Assembly: GCA_963732855.1 (NCBI GenBank) | Contig: CAVTBB010000005.1 | Span: 139,821 to 203,820 of the forward strand | DNA length: 64,000 nucleotides | Direction of reading: 5' to 3' | Source: an uncultured Methanomassiliicoccales archaeon | GTDB taxonomy: Archaea; Thermoplasmatota; Thermoplasmata; Methanomassiliicoccales; UBA472 | Part shown: positions 8,135 through 17,356 of the stretch, piece by piece | Position numbering within the stretch: the first letter of the stretch is position 1 | Layout of the letters: each line of letters opens with the position of its first letter | The notes under the pieces: model-generated | Told to the model about the DNA's origin: nothing | Database searches by the model: none | What the model saw: the letters and a program-made list of their open reading frames with translations, nothing else | Made by a program: the position numbers and the translations under genes

Positions 8135-10156
8135 CTATTCTTTGAATTGGATTAGATCAGGTGGACGATTGCTGCGGGCGATCTGATTCTCCAGTATTCT
8201 GGAAACTTCCTCTGGGGTCGATTTCTGCATGACCTTCAATTTGATGGCCAATACATCGATATGGGAGAAGGCGACCTCTTTCGGTTGTGAACCCTCGCTC
8301 TTCTTATTGTCATACTGGATCAGCGCCTCGATTATGCTGTTCTTATGATTTTCCCCAAGTTTCTTTCTTTTCACATAATTGATCTGGGCATTCAACGTGG
8401 GTAAACCAATCTCTACTACGTAGTCAAATCTTCCGTGCCGGGTCACCGCCGGATCAATCTCTGACAGATCTGAATTGGTGATCGTGATTATAATTATCCA
8501 TCTCTTGTCGTGTAATTTCTGCAGCCGTGGCAACATGCCGGCGGTGATAAACGCGCCAGCCGTTCGACTCTCCAGCTGTGCGCTTTGGGGTCGGGTCTTG
8601 AAGAATTCCTCGCACTCGTCCAGTAACACGATGACTCGTCGCATCTTGGTCAGGTCATCGAAGATCTTCGCCGCTTTAGCATCAAATCCTTCCAGCCCAT
8701 TCCTTAGGAAATCAGATGGAGATAGTGTTATCAAGGGCCATTTCAGTGCTTTGGAGATCCTTTTTACGGCAGTTGTCTTTCTTGTACCCGACGGGCCGTG
8801 TATGATCAAAGAGTTCATGCTTGATGGTTGATGAATCCAACTCCTGCTGATCGGTCTTATCATTACGTCCTTAAGGCTGCTAATGAGTGCCGAGCCATTA
8901 GTGGGATCGGAAATGTAATCCAATGCTTCCATCTCGATCCATTCGGGTTTTCGGATGTTCGGGATCATATCAGGCCAAATCGGAAGATTTGGAGTTGGTT
9001 TAGGATAGAAAAGGCTGTAATCCTTCAATAGTAGTTTTTGCCGGAGTTGTTGGAGGGCATCGGAGTAGCTGATCAGGAACATTAGTGTCGTTGCCGTTGC
9101 CCAGGACTCGATGAGACCCGATTTTCGGGTGCGGTCGTTTGACCATCCTGAAATTGTTCCGACCTTGGTAAAGTTGGACTTTGCCAGATTGAATGCCCGA
9201 TCGAGTGCCGGCAGTACCGCCTCGCAAGATTTCAGATCTCCCTGATGAAGACGTCTTATCAGGAGGTGAGTTAGTGATAGGGCGACCTCATAGCTTGAAA
9301 CATGGATCATTACGTTTCCTTCATACGAAATGTTAGTTGTTGGCCAGGCCCCGTCATGAAGTTGGGAATCCACTATCGATTGGATTGCCCGAGATGTAAG
9401 CAGGTCCGTATTGGAGACCTCGAAACGGTTCAGAAGAGCTATGCAGAACATGAGTTCCGCTGGATCATATTTTGACGTCACCCCAGCATATTCATATGCC
9501 AGGAGGCGCAGGAAGTCTTCCCTGATTTGTTCGATCAAGATAGGATCGGCTTCAAAGGTCCAATCGGGATAGGCAGAATGCAACATGTCCAGCGCCCTGA
9601 TCATATGGAGGGTCACCAAATGATGCACTTCATCTTTGGGACTTGCCTTTCCCCCACACCATTCCTCCAATTGAGTTCGGTTCTCCTCAGCGATCTTCAA
9701 GGCAGCTTCCCTCATGAGGTCGAGGTCTACGTCCAGTGAGGTTACTTCCAACAGATCGCCTAGAATCGAAACAGAGAAAAGGATCTGACTATCCGTGAAC
9801 ATGTTGATGCCGTTCGTTTCAGAACGTCTCGCTAGAGCAGGTTCACCCACAAGTCTCGATAGATATTTCTCGCAAACACCTTTCAGAATGGAGGTCATTT
9901 TGTCTTGTTCGCCTGGTATCTTTTCATCATCCAGTAGATCGGCCTCGTAAAGAAACCGCAGATACTGATGTAGAGCGATGAAGGAGCAATTGGTCGAAGT
10001 TGGATGTAATTTGCCATCCTTTTCGTTTAACTGGCGGATCGTACGCCAAAAGGTTCCATTCTCCGGATTATAGAATGCTTCGAGAGATCTTCCAGCCCGC
10101 AATATCCAATCCTGAAGGGAATTGATCTTCTCATCGAGATGAGCTATCTCAATCAT
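8135..10156 (-). CDS. fusion protein: N-terminal alpha/alpha-toroid-like (QW-type repeats) domain + C-terminal classical AAA ATPase
   Basis: The C-terminal ~200 aa are classical AAA: P-loop GPSGTRKT, Walker B VIVLLDECEE, sensor-1 ITITN, and DPAVTRHGRFDYVVEIGLP. The N-terminal ~400 aa are helical with NPENGTFW, QLHDGAWP and GTISGWSN motifs that resemble terpenoid-cyclase/prenyltransferase QW repeats. Confidence 0.8.
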   Translation of the reverse strand: MIEIAHLDEKINSLQDWILRAGRSLEAFYNPENGTFWRTIRQLNEKDGKLHPTSTNCSFIALHQYLRFLYEADLLDDEKIPGEQDKMTSILKGVCEKYLSRLVGEPALARRSETNGINMFTDSQILFSVSILGDLLEVTSLDVDLDLMREAALKIAEENRTQLEEWCGGKASPKDEVHHLVTLHMIRALDMLHSAYPDWTFEADPILIEQIREDFLRLLAYEYAGVTSKYDPAELMFCIALLNRFEVSNTDLLTSRAIQSIVDSQLHDGAWPTTNISYEGNVMIHVSSYEVALSLTHLLIRRLHQGDLKSCEAVLPALDRAFNLAKSNFTKVGTISGWSNDRTRKSGLIESWATATTLMFLISYSDALQQLRQKLLLKDYSLFYPKPTPNLPIWPDMIPNIRKPEWIEMEALDYISDPTNGSALISSLKDVMIRPISRSWIHQPSSMNSLIIHGPSGTRKTTAVKRISKALKWPLITLSPSDFLRNGLEGFDAKAAKIFDDLTKMRRVIVLLDECEEFFKTRPQSAQLESRTAGAFITAGMLPRLQKLHDKRWIIIITITNSDLSEIDPAVTRHGRFDYVVEIGLPTLNAQINYVKRKKLGENHKNSIIEALIQYDNKKSEGSQPKEVAFSHIDVLAIKLKVMQKSTPEEVSRILENQIARSNRPPDLIQFKE

Positions 10157-10159
10157 GTG

Positions 10160-10372
10160 TTATGTTCTCCCGTTTACATGATGTTGAGAATAGCCCACCG
10201 TACTTGAACCAATCCGTAAGATCAGGACTATTTCCTTCAAGGAACTGATCGCTCCGCCTTCATCTTGTAAATCAATGACTCGTTTAATTCTCTCCCTCAC
10301 AACCAAATACCGGCCATACCGCTGTTTTTCATCGAACAAATCAATGCTGTCCTCTTGGGGGAGCGGGATCAT
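10160..10372 (-). CDS. small ORF, possible HTH protein, translationally coupled to the AAA fusion gene
   Basis: Its stop (TAA) is 3 nt before the AAA-fusion ATG. The segment SLKEIVLILRIGSSTVGY looks HTH-like. I saw no clear promoter upstream, and its start abuts the start of the pseudogene on the opposite strand. Confidence 0.35.
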   Translation of the reverse strand: MIPLPQEDSIDLFDEKQRYGRYLVVRERIKRVIDLQDEGGAISSLKEIVLILRIGSSTVGYSQHHVNGRT

Positions 10373-10977
10373 GACAACAGTAGGCCAGAATAGAGATCAG
10401 AAGGTGGGAAAGGTGATCCTGGGCATGGCAATGTCCCTCGACAGTTATATCAATGGTCGCAACGGAAGTGTCGATCGATTGTATCCGACCTCGAGGCGTT
10501 GAGAAAGACAAGGATCCTACGGGAAATGATACGTGACAAGGGGGCTGTGGTGTGGCAGGAACGCCTTTGCAATGTCAGAGGACCCGGATACGTATGCTGA
10601 TAGTTACGCATTTCAGCTCCCGATCATCGTCATGATACACAACAAACCGGAAAAGAAGCCGAAAAAGACGGACCGATTGAAGTTCATCTTTATATCTGAC
10701 GGTATCGAAAAGGCAATAGAAAAAGCTCAAGAAGTTGCCGATGGGAAGGTTGTCACTGTGATCGGCGGAGCAAAAGTTGCCCATCAATGCTTGTCTGCGG
10801 CTTGATCGATGAACTTCATGTCGATCTAATGCCGGTCTTGTTGGGCAGAGGCTTCGGTTCTTTGAGGATATCGGCACCGAGCATGTCAGGCTTGAGAAGA
10901 TCGAGGTCCTTGAATCGGTCAACGGTGGGACGTACATCAGGTTCCGGGTTGAGAACTCTAACCGAAACGATGGCTGA
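10371..10977 (+). pseudogene. dihydrofolate-reductase-family (RibD C-terminal domain) gene with at least 4 frame changes
   Basis: I re-framed the pieces by hand: KVILGMAMSLDSYINGRNGSVDRLYP / DLEALRKTRILREMIRDKGAVV / GRNAFAM...VVTVIGGAKVAHQCLSA / GLIDELHVDLMPVLLGRG / RLRFFEDIGTEHVRLEKIEVLESVNGGTYIRFRVEN. Together they reconstitute a typical family member across three frames. Confidence 0.75.
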
Positions 10978-11039
10978 TGGCGTGCAATGCGATGCGTTGA
11001 CGGTCAAAGCTATTAGCGGCTTTGCCATTCAGGATTGAA

Positions 11040-11918
11040 ATGAACCCGGACCACTGCAAGGACGTCTCATTGCGGAACGTCGACTTCGCTCTCACTGAGG
11101 AGAACATCACCCGGAACATCGCGGGCAAGAACGCTTACACCCGTACCGATTTCATCATCCTCAAGCACAGAGAGGAAACCGCGGTGGTAAAGGTGGTGAA
11201 ACGGGCCGGTAAGGACCTATTTCGACCTATCTCCGACTTTGAACTGGTTTCACTTCCCGACGATACCGTGTTCATCAGGGACGAGGAGATCGACGTGCTG
11301 AGCACCTCGCAGATGGCCCGCCAGGCGAGAGATAATCCCGGAAAGACCGTGGTCGTATCGGGTATGTTCAATCACGTATCGTTCCTGCAGGAGGAGAACC
11401 TCCTCGATCTGTACGTTGTCGATGTGGTGCCACCATCCCCTTCAAAGCTCTCGGTCTTGGTGGAAAGAGCATTCTCCACCGGTATGATCGACCTGCCGAT
11501 CGTGCCCCATTACCAGGACATCGACCTCAACGAGCTGGAAAAGCGGGTGGAGACAGAAGGCGTGATGTTCCCCTGCAGGGCGTCCGGTCTCGAATCGAAG
11601 AGAAACGTCTTCTTCCTGGACGAGACCCCCACTTTGGAAGGGGAGATCACCCTCATCGGATGTGACCTGTCAAGACGCATCTTCAATTCGATCTACCGAA
11701 AGGAGCCGAACTCATTGGACATGTGCCCGAGGAATCTTGCTATAAGAAAGGGCAAAACGCTGGTCAAATGCTGCGGCGTCAAGGAAGGTTTCGTCATCGA
11801 CGGTGACGTCGCCTCAGTTCCTTGGGGGGCGACGGTGCTTGACGTGGTCGGCGCCATCAACTCTCTTTTCGGACACCGACCGTTCGGCCCGCTGGTGCTC
11901 GGACGGACGGACCCCTGA
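11040..11918 (+). CDS. hypothetical protein (Cys-rich C-terminal half)
   Basis: This is a long ORF with normal composition. I recognised no family. The start is set at M7. Confidence 0.55.
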   Translation: MNPDHCKDVSLRNVDFALTEENITRNIAGKNAYTRTDFIILKHREETAVVKVVKRAGKDLFRPISDFELVSLPDDTVFIRDEEIDVLSTSQMARQARDNPGKTVVVSGMFNHVSFLQEENLLDLYVVDVVPPSPSKLSVLVERAFSTGMIDLPIVPHYQDIDLNELEKRVETEGVMFPCRASGLESKRNVFFLDETPTLEGEITLIGCDLSRRIFNSIYRKEPNSLDMCPRNLAIRKGKTLVKCCGVKEGFVIDGDVASVPWGATVLDVVGAINSLFGHRPFGPLVLGRTDP

Positions 11919-12362
11919 GAGCTGCCTGGCTTTCTTGAGTGCGGCGAATCCTTCTTCTTTCTTGCCGGTCTTCATCAGCACCTCGCCGTAGACATACCAG
12001 GCGTCGGCATCGTCTGGTTCCAATTGAAAATGGCCTTCCAGCCAAGATGTCGCGCCCCGCAGGTCGTCCCGGGCGATCATATCCCTCGCTCTTTGGGCGG
12101 CGGTCTTCTCAGAAAGTATCTTGGCCTTCATAGCATCCATGATCTCGTCCTTGATTACCTCCAGTGCATGAACGGAAAGCCATGGATATTTGATGGAGAG
12201 ACTTCTGCGAAGCTCCTCCCACTTCTCCGGGTCGAGATGATAAGTACGGTTTCGGAAGACCGAATAGGGAACGTTGATGACCAGCTTGCCATGGTTGACC
12301 GGCAGGAAATTAGGGTTCACTGATGGCCTATCATGAGCCTTATCGGGAATGGCCATGGGCAT
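11814..12362 (-). CDS. TPR-like repeat protein
   Basis: The C-terminal segment ADAWYVYGEVLMKTGKKEEGFAALKKARQL is a TPR-type helical hairpin. The 3' end overlaps the convergent 11040 gene by ~100 nt. Confidence 0.55.
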   Translation of the reverse strand: MPMAIPDKAHDRPSVNPNFLPVNHGKLVINVPYSVFRNRTYHLDPEKWEELRRSLSIKYPWLSVHALEVIKDEIMDAMKAKILSEKTAAQRARDMIARDDLRGATSWLEGHFQLEPDDADAWYVYGEVLMKTGKKEEGFAALKKARQLSGVRPSEHQRAERSVSEKRVDGADHVKHRRPPRN

Positions 12363-12567
12363 ATTAATGAGCAGGCGATATTAGGGTTTTCCGAACTCAA
12401 TGGAGCTTGGAAACCCTGAATTTCTAGGGAACGCCATAGTAATTGCCAAATGGTCATTAATTGAGTCATCGCAGGAATCGACCGACTCCTTGATGAGTCT
12501 GCAAAATTTGTTAACCATCGTGAGTCCGTCAGAAAGAATAATTAACACAGTTTGATTAAGGACACGC

Positions 12568-13728
12568 ATGGACATGATCGCCCTCGGGCCGCACAACCCC
12601 AGACTGGACATCAAGGACGTAGTGATCTACGACTCGACCTTGAGAGATGGGGAGCAGACACCTGGGATCGTATTCAGCGAAGAGCAGAAGATTATGATCG
12701 CCCGGAAGCTGGACGAGATGCATGTCCCTGAGATCGAGGCGGGCTTCCCGGCTGTCTCTGAGAATGAACTGAAGTCCGTCAAGGCGATCAGTTCCCTCGG
12801 CCTCAACGCCCGGATACTCACGCTGTCCCGCATCACAAAGTCGGACATTGACGCCTGCATCGAGGCAGGCTCGGACCAGGCCCTACTGTTCATCGGCACG
12901 TCCGATATCCACCTGAAATACAAGTTCAACAAGCCCAAGGAGTTCGTCCTGGAGAAAGTGGCGGAAGGACTGGATTACTGCCACGAACGCGGTATCGCAG
13001 CGGCCTTGTCTGCCGAGGATTCGACCCGTACCGATATGGATTTCCTGCTTGAAGTGTACAGGAAAGCGGAAGAGTGCCACGCTTCCCGAATAGGCGTCAC
13101 CGACACGCTTGGCTGCGCCTCGCCGGAAGCGATATTCAATATTGTCACTGAGGCTAAACGCCATTTAAAGACCCCGATCTCGGTGCACCTGCACAACGAC
13201 TTCGGACTGGCCCTGGCTAACGCCATCGCCGGTGTCAAGGCGGGAGCGAAGGCGGTAACGACGACCGTCAACGGGATCGGCGAACGCGCCGGGAACGTCC
13301 CGCTGGAGCAGTTCGTGGCCTCAATGAAATACGTCTACCGTTGCGACTTGGGCATCGATACGACCAAGCTGAAGGAGCTCTCCGACATCGTCGCCGAGTA
13401 CTCCGGGCTAGGGCTGCCGAAGAACCAGCCGCTGGTAGGCCATAACGTGTTCTCGCACGAGTCGGGCATCCATGTGGCGGCAGTTCTGAACTGCCCCATG
13501 ACCTATGAACCGATCCCGCCGGAGGAGATCGGTAACAAGCGGCATTTGATCATGGGCAAGAAGACCGGGCTGAACTACATAAGGAAGCGCGTCGAAGAAC
13601 TCCATCTAATCGCTTCCGAGGAACAGCTGGGAAAGATCCTGTGCGATGTTAAGAAACTGGGCGAGAAGAAAGGGCGCGTCACCGACGACGAGTTCAAGCA
13701 GATCGTCCTGACCATCCTCCGAGGATGA
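12568..13728 (+). CDS. homocitrate/isopropylmalate/citramalate synthase family enzyme (AksA-like size)
   Basis: It carries the DRE-TIM metallolyase signatures STLRDGEQ, HLHNDFGLALAN and HESGIH. At 386 aa it lacks the LeuA regulatory domain. Confidence 0.85.
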   Translation: MDMIALGPHNPRLDIKDVVIYDSTLRDGEQTPGIVFSEEQKIMIARKLDEMHVPEIEAGFPAVSENELKSVKAISSLGLNARILTLSRITKSDIDACIEAGSDQALLFIGTSDIHLKYKFNKPKEFVLEKVAEGLDYCHERGIAAALSAEDSTRTDMDFLLEVYRKAEECHASRIGVTDTLGCASPEAIFNIVTEAKRHLKTPISVHLHNDFGLALANAIAGVKAGAKAVTTTVNGIGERAGNVPLEQFVASMKYVYRCDLGIDTTKLKELSDIVAEYSGLGLPKNQPLVGHNVFSHESGIHVAAVLNCPMTYEPIPPEEIGNKRHLIMGKKTGLNYIRKRVEELHLIASEEQLGKILCDVKKLGEKKGRVTDDEFKQIVLTILRG

Positions 13729-13735
13729 ACTCCCC

Positions 13736-14512
13736 TTACAGCTTTATTTGCTGGCCTGCTTCGTTCCTGCGGAACTTCCCGAACTCGATCATCCTTTGGA
13801 CCTGTTCCCCGGTGAAGACCGGGCCGTCTACGCAGACCCTCATTTCATCGAGCGCGCATGAGCCACACAGTCCAGCGCCGCACTTCATGTAGCGCTCGAG
13901 CGACAGCTCGCATTTGACGTTATGCTTCTGCAACAATGGCAGCAGGTAGAACAGCATCTTCTCCGGCCCGCATGCCATGACGAAATCGTATCGCCCTTTC
14001 GACAGCATCTCCGCCACTAGATCGACGGCTGTCCCCTTCAGACCGTGGGTTCCGTCATCGGTCGATGTGAGCACGTTGTTCGAAGCGGCTTTGGCCCTGT
14101 CGATGAACAGCAGCTCCGAGACGTTCCGCGCCCCGATGGCCACGTCGACCCGGGACGGGTCGTCGAACGCCTCGACCGCCGGCAGAAGCGAGGCCATTCC
14201 AGTTCCCCCGCCCACGACCAGTATCTTGCCGTCATGCAACGTATAACCGTGACCGTAAGGTCCCCGTATCCCGATCCTGTCCCCAGACCTTAGGTTGCTC
14301 AGTGATTTCGTCGCCAGGCCCACATCTTTGACCGTGATGCCCTTTCGCCCAACGCAATATGAAGCGGACATAGGGATCTCATCCACACCTGGCTGCCAGA
14401 CCATGAAGAACTGGCCCGGTCTGACCTCTTTGTGGTATTCGAAACGGAGGGTCCGGACGCCCTTACCGACCTCTTCTGATTGCAGAACATCCACGATCTC
14501 AGACATGTTCAT
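13736..14512 (-). CDS. pyrK: dihydroorotate dehydrogenase electron-transfer subunit
   Basis: It has an FAD/NAD-binding ferredoxin-reductase fold and a C-terminal 2Fe-2S motif (CGAGLCGSCAL...CVDGPVF). I trimmed the start to the ATG overlapping the pyrD stop; the upstream extension in the track ORF is Arg/Ser-rich junk. Confidence 0.85.
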   Translation of the reverse strand: MNMSEIVDVLQSEEVGKGVRTLRFEYHKEVRPGQFFMVWQPGVDEIPMSASYCVGRKGITVKDVGLATKSLSNLRSGDRIGIRGPYGHGYTLHDGKILVVGGGTGMASLLPAVEAFDDPSRVDVAIGARNVSELLFIDRAKAASNNVLTSTDDGTHGLKGTAVDLVAEMLSKGRYDFVMACGPEKMLFYLLPLLQKHNVKCELSLERYMKCGAGLCGSCALDEMRVCVDGPVFTGEQVQRMIEFGKFRRNEAGQQIKL

Positions 14513-15425
14513 GAGCCACCCCCACAAGTCCTCGGATGTCGCCGCAGCGCTCCTGTTCCACATACCTTTCCAGCCCGGTGGTGATCTCTGAGAAGACACC
14601 CATACCGCGCCGGCCGATGCCGCTGCCAACCTGGACCGCGCTTGCGCCGGCCATGATGTACTCGAGCGCGTCCCTCCATGTCTCGACGCCGCCGACCCCA
14701 ATGACCGGGATGTCCAGTGCGGCATATAGATCGAAGACGCAGCGCAGTCCGACCGGTTTCACCGCCGGCCCGGAAAGACCGCCGAAATGATTGCTCAGCA
14801 CCGGACGTCGGAACTCGACCGAGATTGCGATCGCTTTGAGCGTATTGATGGCGACGACGGCATCCCCGCCTGCCTTTTCCACCGCCCTTCCTACCTCGAC
14901 CAGCCTGTGGGTGTTGGGCGTCAACTTAGCGAACACCGGTATGGACACCGAGCCTTTGCATTCCTTGACGATCGAGCCGACGACCTCGGGGTCGATGCCC
15001 ATCTCCATGCCATAGCCGTGAGCGTGCGGGCAGGACAGGTTCAGCTCGACCGCGGCCGCCCCATACTCTTCCATGTTAGAACTGAGAAAAGCGAAATCGT
15101 TGGCGTTAGAGGCGAAGACCGATCCGATGATGGGGACGTTTCCTTTCTTCGCCACCTCCATCTCGACCTGGAAATCCTTAATACCGGGACCGGGGAGCCC
15201 CATGGCGTTGACGTAACCGTCCTCCAGTTCGACGAGCGTCGGGTTGCCGTAGCCGTTCCTCGGTTCCATGCCGATGGACTTGGTGACCAGTGCACCGGCC
15301 CCGGCGGAGGCGACGCTAAGCAGCGAGCCGCCTGTCTCTCCCACCATTCCGGACGCGAGCATGGTCGGGTTCTTCATATGGACCCCGGCCACACTGACCT
15401 GCAACGAGGACATGATGGAGGGCAT
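14499..15425 (-). CDS. pyrD: dihydroorotate dehydrogenase 1B catalytic subunit
   Basis: It carries the family blocks NPTMLASG, NLSCPH, FAKLTPN, GGLSGPAVKPV and GVGGV. I trimmed the start to MPSIMSSLQV. Confidence 0.85.
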   Translation of the reverse strand: MPSIMSSLQVSVAGVHMKNPTMLASGMVGETGGSLLSVASAGAGALVTKSIGMEPRNGYGNPTLVELEDGYVNAMGLPGPGIKDFQVEMEVAKKGNVPIIGSVFASNANDFAFLSSNMEEYGAAAVELNLSCPHAHGYGMEMGIDPEVVGSIVKECKGSVSIPVFAKLTPNTHRLVEVGRAVEKAGGDAVVAINTLKAIAISVEFRRPVLSNHFGGLSGPAVKPVGLRCVFDLYAALDIPVIGVGGVETWRDALEYIMAGASAVQVGSGIGRRGMGVFSEITTGLERYVEQERCGDIRGLVGVAHEHV

Positions 15426-15558
15426 AAAGTCTGGGCTAATAACCTCTTCGCAGTGACAAACAACTGCCAAGTGCATTATCTGCCCATCCGGAGGTCGATC
15501 AAGCTCCTGGTTATCAAAAATCCGAAAACGAATCGCCGTTTCATGACCAGCATCCGAG

Positions 15559-16005
15559 CTAGCCCGGACTTGGGGGCGCCCCGACAACGCACTGGTCGCC
15601 CCTCTCATCTATCGCAGGCGGTGCCTCTGCCCCTCTGCCTTTCTTGACCAGGTATTCCCGTATCGCCATGTGCAACGCGTCCGCGCCCAAGTTGGAGCAT
15701 TCCATCTTGCCTGGGGGCAGTCCGTCCAATGCATTCGCCACATCCTCACGGGTCATTTGTAGGGCCTGCTTCAGTGTCATCCCCTTGGCCATTTCGGTGA
15801 CCTTGCTCGACGTGGCGATGGCCGCGGCACATCCCATGGTCTTGAACTTGACATCGGTGAGGACGTCCTCCTCGACCTTGACGTATATGTGGACCAGGTC
15901 CCCGTCGGCTGGGTTACCCACTTTTCCGACGCCGTCGGCGTCAGGGATCTCTCCCACGTTCCTCGGGTTGGTGAAATGGTCCAGTACTTTACGCGAATAT
16001 CCCAC
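15559..16005 (-). CDS. iscU: IscU/NifU-N-type Fe-S scaffold, non-canonical ligand set
   Basis: It is IscU-like throughout (HFTNPRNVG, MGCAAAIATSS, ECSNLGADAL). However, the first ligand motif reads GNPADGD rather than GxPxCGD. It lies immediately downstream of nifS. Confidence 0.85.
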   Translation of the reverse strand: MGYSRKVLDHFTNPRNVGEIPDADGVGKVGNPADGDLVHIYVKVEEDVLTDVKFKTMGCAAAIATSSKVTEMAKGMTLKQALQMTREDVANALDGLPPGKMECSNLGADALHMAIREYLVKKGRGAEAPPAIDERGDQCVVGAPPSPG

Positions 16006-16008
16006 CTA

Positions 16009-17175
16009 TCACACCTTCGATCTGTATATGGGGGACATCACCCTTAATTTCTTTACCACTGCTGGCGCAACCTCGATGAAGCGGTCGATCTCCTCCATGG
16101 TATTGAACTTGGACAGGCTGGCCCGTAACGAGCCATGCATCTGCTCTTGTTTTAGGCCCAGGGCCAGCAGCACATGCGAAGGTCCGGTGGTCCGGGTGGA
16201 ACACGCCGATCCGGTCGAGACGCAGAAACCCTGCTGGTCCAGGTAGATCAGCAGCGATTCTCCATCAACCCCGTCGAACCGGAAGTGGGCGTTGTTGCAC
16301 AGACGTTCGCTAGGATGACCGTTCAGATGGACGTCCGGTATCTCGGTCAGTACCCCAGTGATCAGCCTGTCTCGCATCTGGGTCATCTTCGCCACGTCCC
16401 CTTCGAACTCGTTCATGCCCAGCTCGATCGCCTTGCCGATGCCCACGATGCCGGGAATGTTCTCGGTGGACGAACGCAGGCCGTGTTCTTGGCCGCCGCC
16501 ATATACCAGAGGCCGGATCTTCAACCCCCTCTTCAGATAAAGCGCCCCGATCCCCTTTGGCGCATGGAACTTGTGACCAGACATGGATAGCATGTCTATG
16601 TGGTCCTTGACCACATCCGTACGGACCTTAGTGATCGATTGGACCGCATCGGTGTGAAAGACCGCCCCCTTGTCGTGGGCGACCTCTGCCATCGCCCTGA
16701 TCGGCTGTGTCGTGCCGATCTCATTGTTGGCCGCCATCACCGAGACGACCAGGGTTTCCCCGGTCACTGCCTCCTTGACATTCTCCAGATCGACCGACCC
16801 GAATTCATCCACCGGAAGGTAAGTGACCCGAAAGCCCTCGCGCTCCAGGAACTCGCAGGTGTTCAGTACCGCATGGTGCTCGATCCTGGTGGTGATGATG
16901 TGATCGCGTTTGCCCCGGTTCGCGAAGGCATACCCCTGCAGGGCCATGTTATCCGCCTCTGTGCCTCCGCCCGTGAACAAGATCTCCCCGGGATCGGAGT
17001 TGATCGCCACAGCCACCTTTTCTCTTGCAGCGGTCATGCCCTCCTCCGCGCTCCTTCCAAGGCTGTGGAGGCTCGATGGATTGCCATACTCCTGGAGGAA
17101 GAATGGGTCCATGACCTCCAGGACCCTTGGGTCGACGTTTGTTGTAGCGCTATTGTCGAAATACGTTATGTTCAC
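16009..17175 (-). CDS. nifS: cysteine desulfurase (NifS/IscS class)
   Basis: It has YFDNSATT, the PLP lysine in SMSGHKFHAPKG, and the catalytic Cys in STGSACS. The start is reassigned to GTG 17175, which lies 9 nt after AGGAG. Confidence 0.9.
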   Translation of the reverse strand: MNITYFDNSATTNVDPRVLEVMDPFFLQEYGNPSSLHSLGRSAEEGMTAAREKVAVAINSDPGEILFTGGGTEADNMALQGYAFANRGKRDHIITTRIEHHAVLNTCEFLEREGFRVTYLPVDEFGSVDLENVKEAVTGETLVVSVMAANNEIGTTQPIRAMAEVAHDKGAVFHTDAVQSITKVRTDVVKDHIDMLSMSGHKFHAPKGIGALYLKRGLKIRPLVYGGGQEHGLRSSTENIPGIVGIGKAIELGMNEFEGDVAKMTQMRDRLITGVLTEIPDVHLNGHPSERLCNNAHFRFDGVDGESLLIYLDQQGFCVSTGSACSTRTTGPSHVLLALGLKQEQMHGSLRASLSKFNTMEEIDRFIEVAPAVVKKLRVMSPIYRSKV

Positions 17176-17356
17176 AGCAAACCATCTCCTAGCCGATATT
17201 AACAATAGATAACACAAAATCCGGTATAATAACCTGAATGGTCAACATCATACACCCCTTGAAGTTCACAGGGGGATGCGGTCTTCATGAACCGAAGTTG
17301 AGGGTACCGGATGTTCTACCTTTCGCTTCTGATGACTGACCGCACCCCACATCATT

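Noticed and set aside
11814-11918. The convergent 3' ends of the 11040 gene and the TPR gene overlap by ~105 nt.
   Set aside because: This is real in the sequence, but the last ~30 codons of the TPR ORF are a low-complexity tail beyond its final helix. It is probably just a late stop codon rather than a functional overlap.
13736-15608. The ORF track gives long N-terminal extensions for pyrK (329 aa) and pyrD (369 aa). The same applies to mtaB, mtaC, addA, addB, valS and the beta-propeller gene.
   Set aside because: The extensions run through the upstream gene or its RBS, have junk-like composition, and start at GTG/ATG codons inside Shine-Dalgarno-like sequences. Internal ATG or GTG codons with proper RBS spacing give family-typical N-termini.
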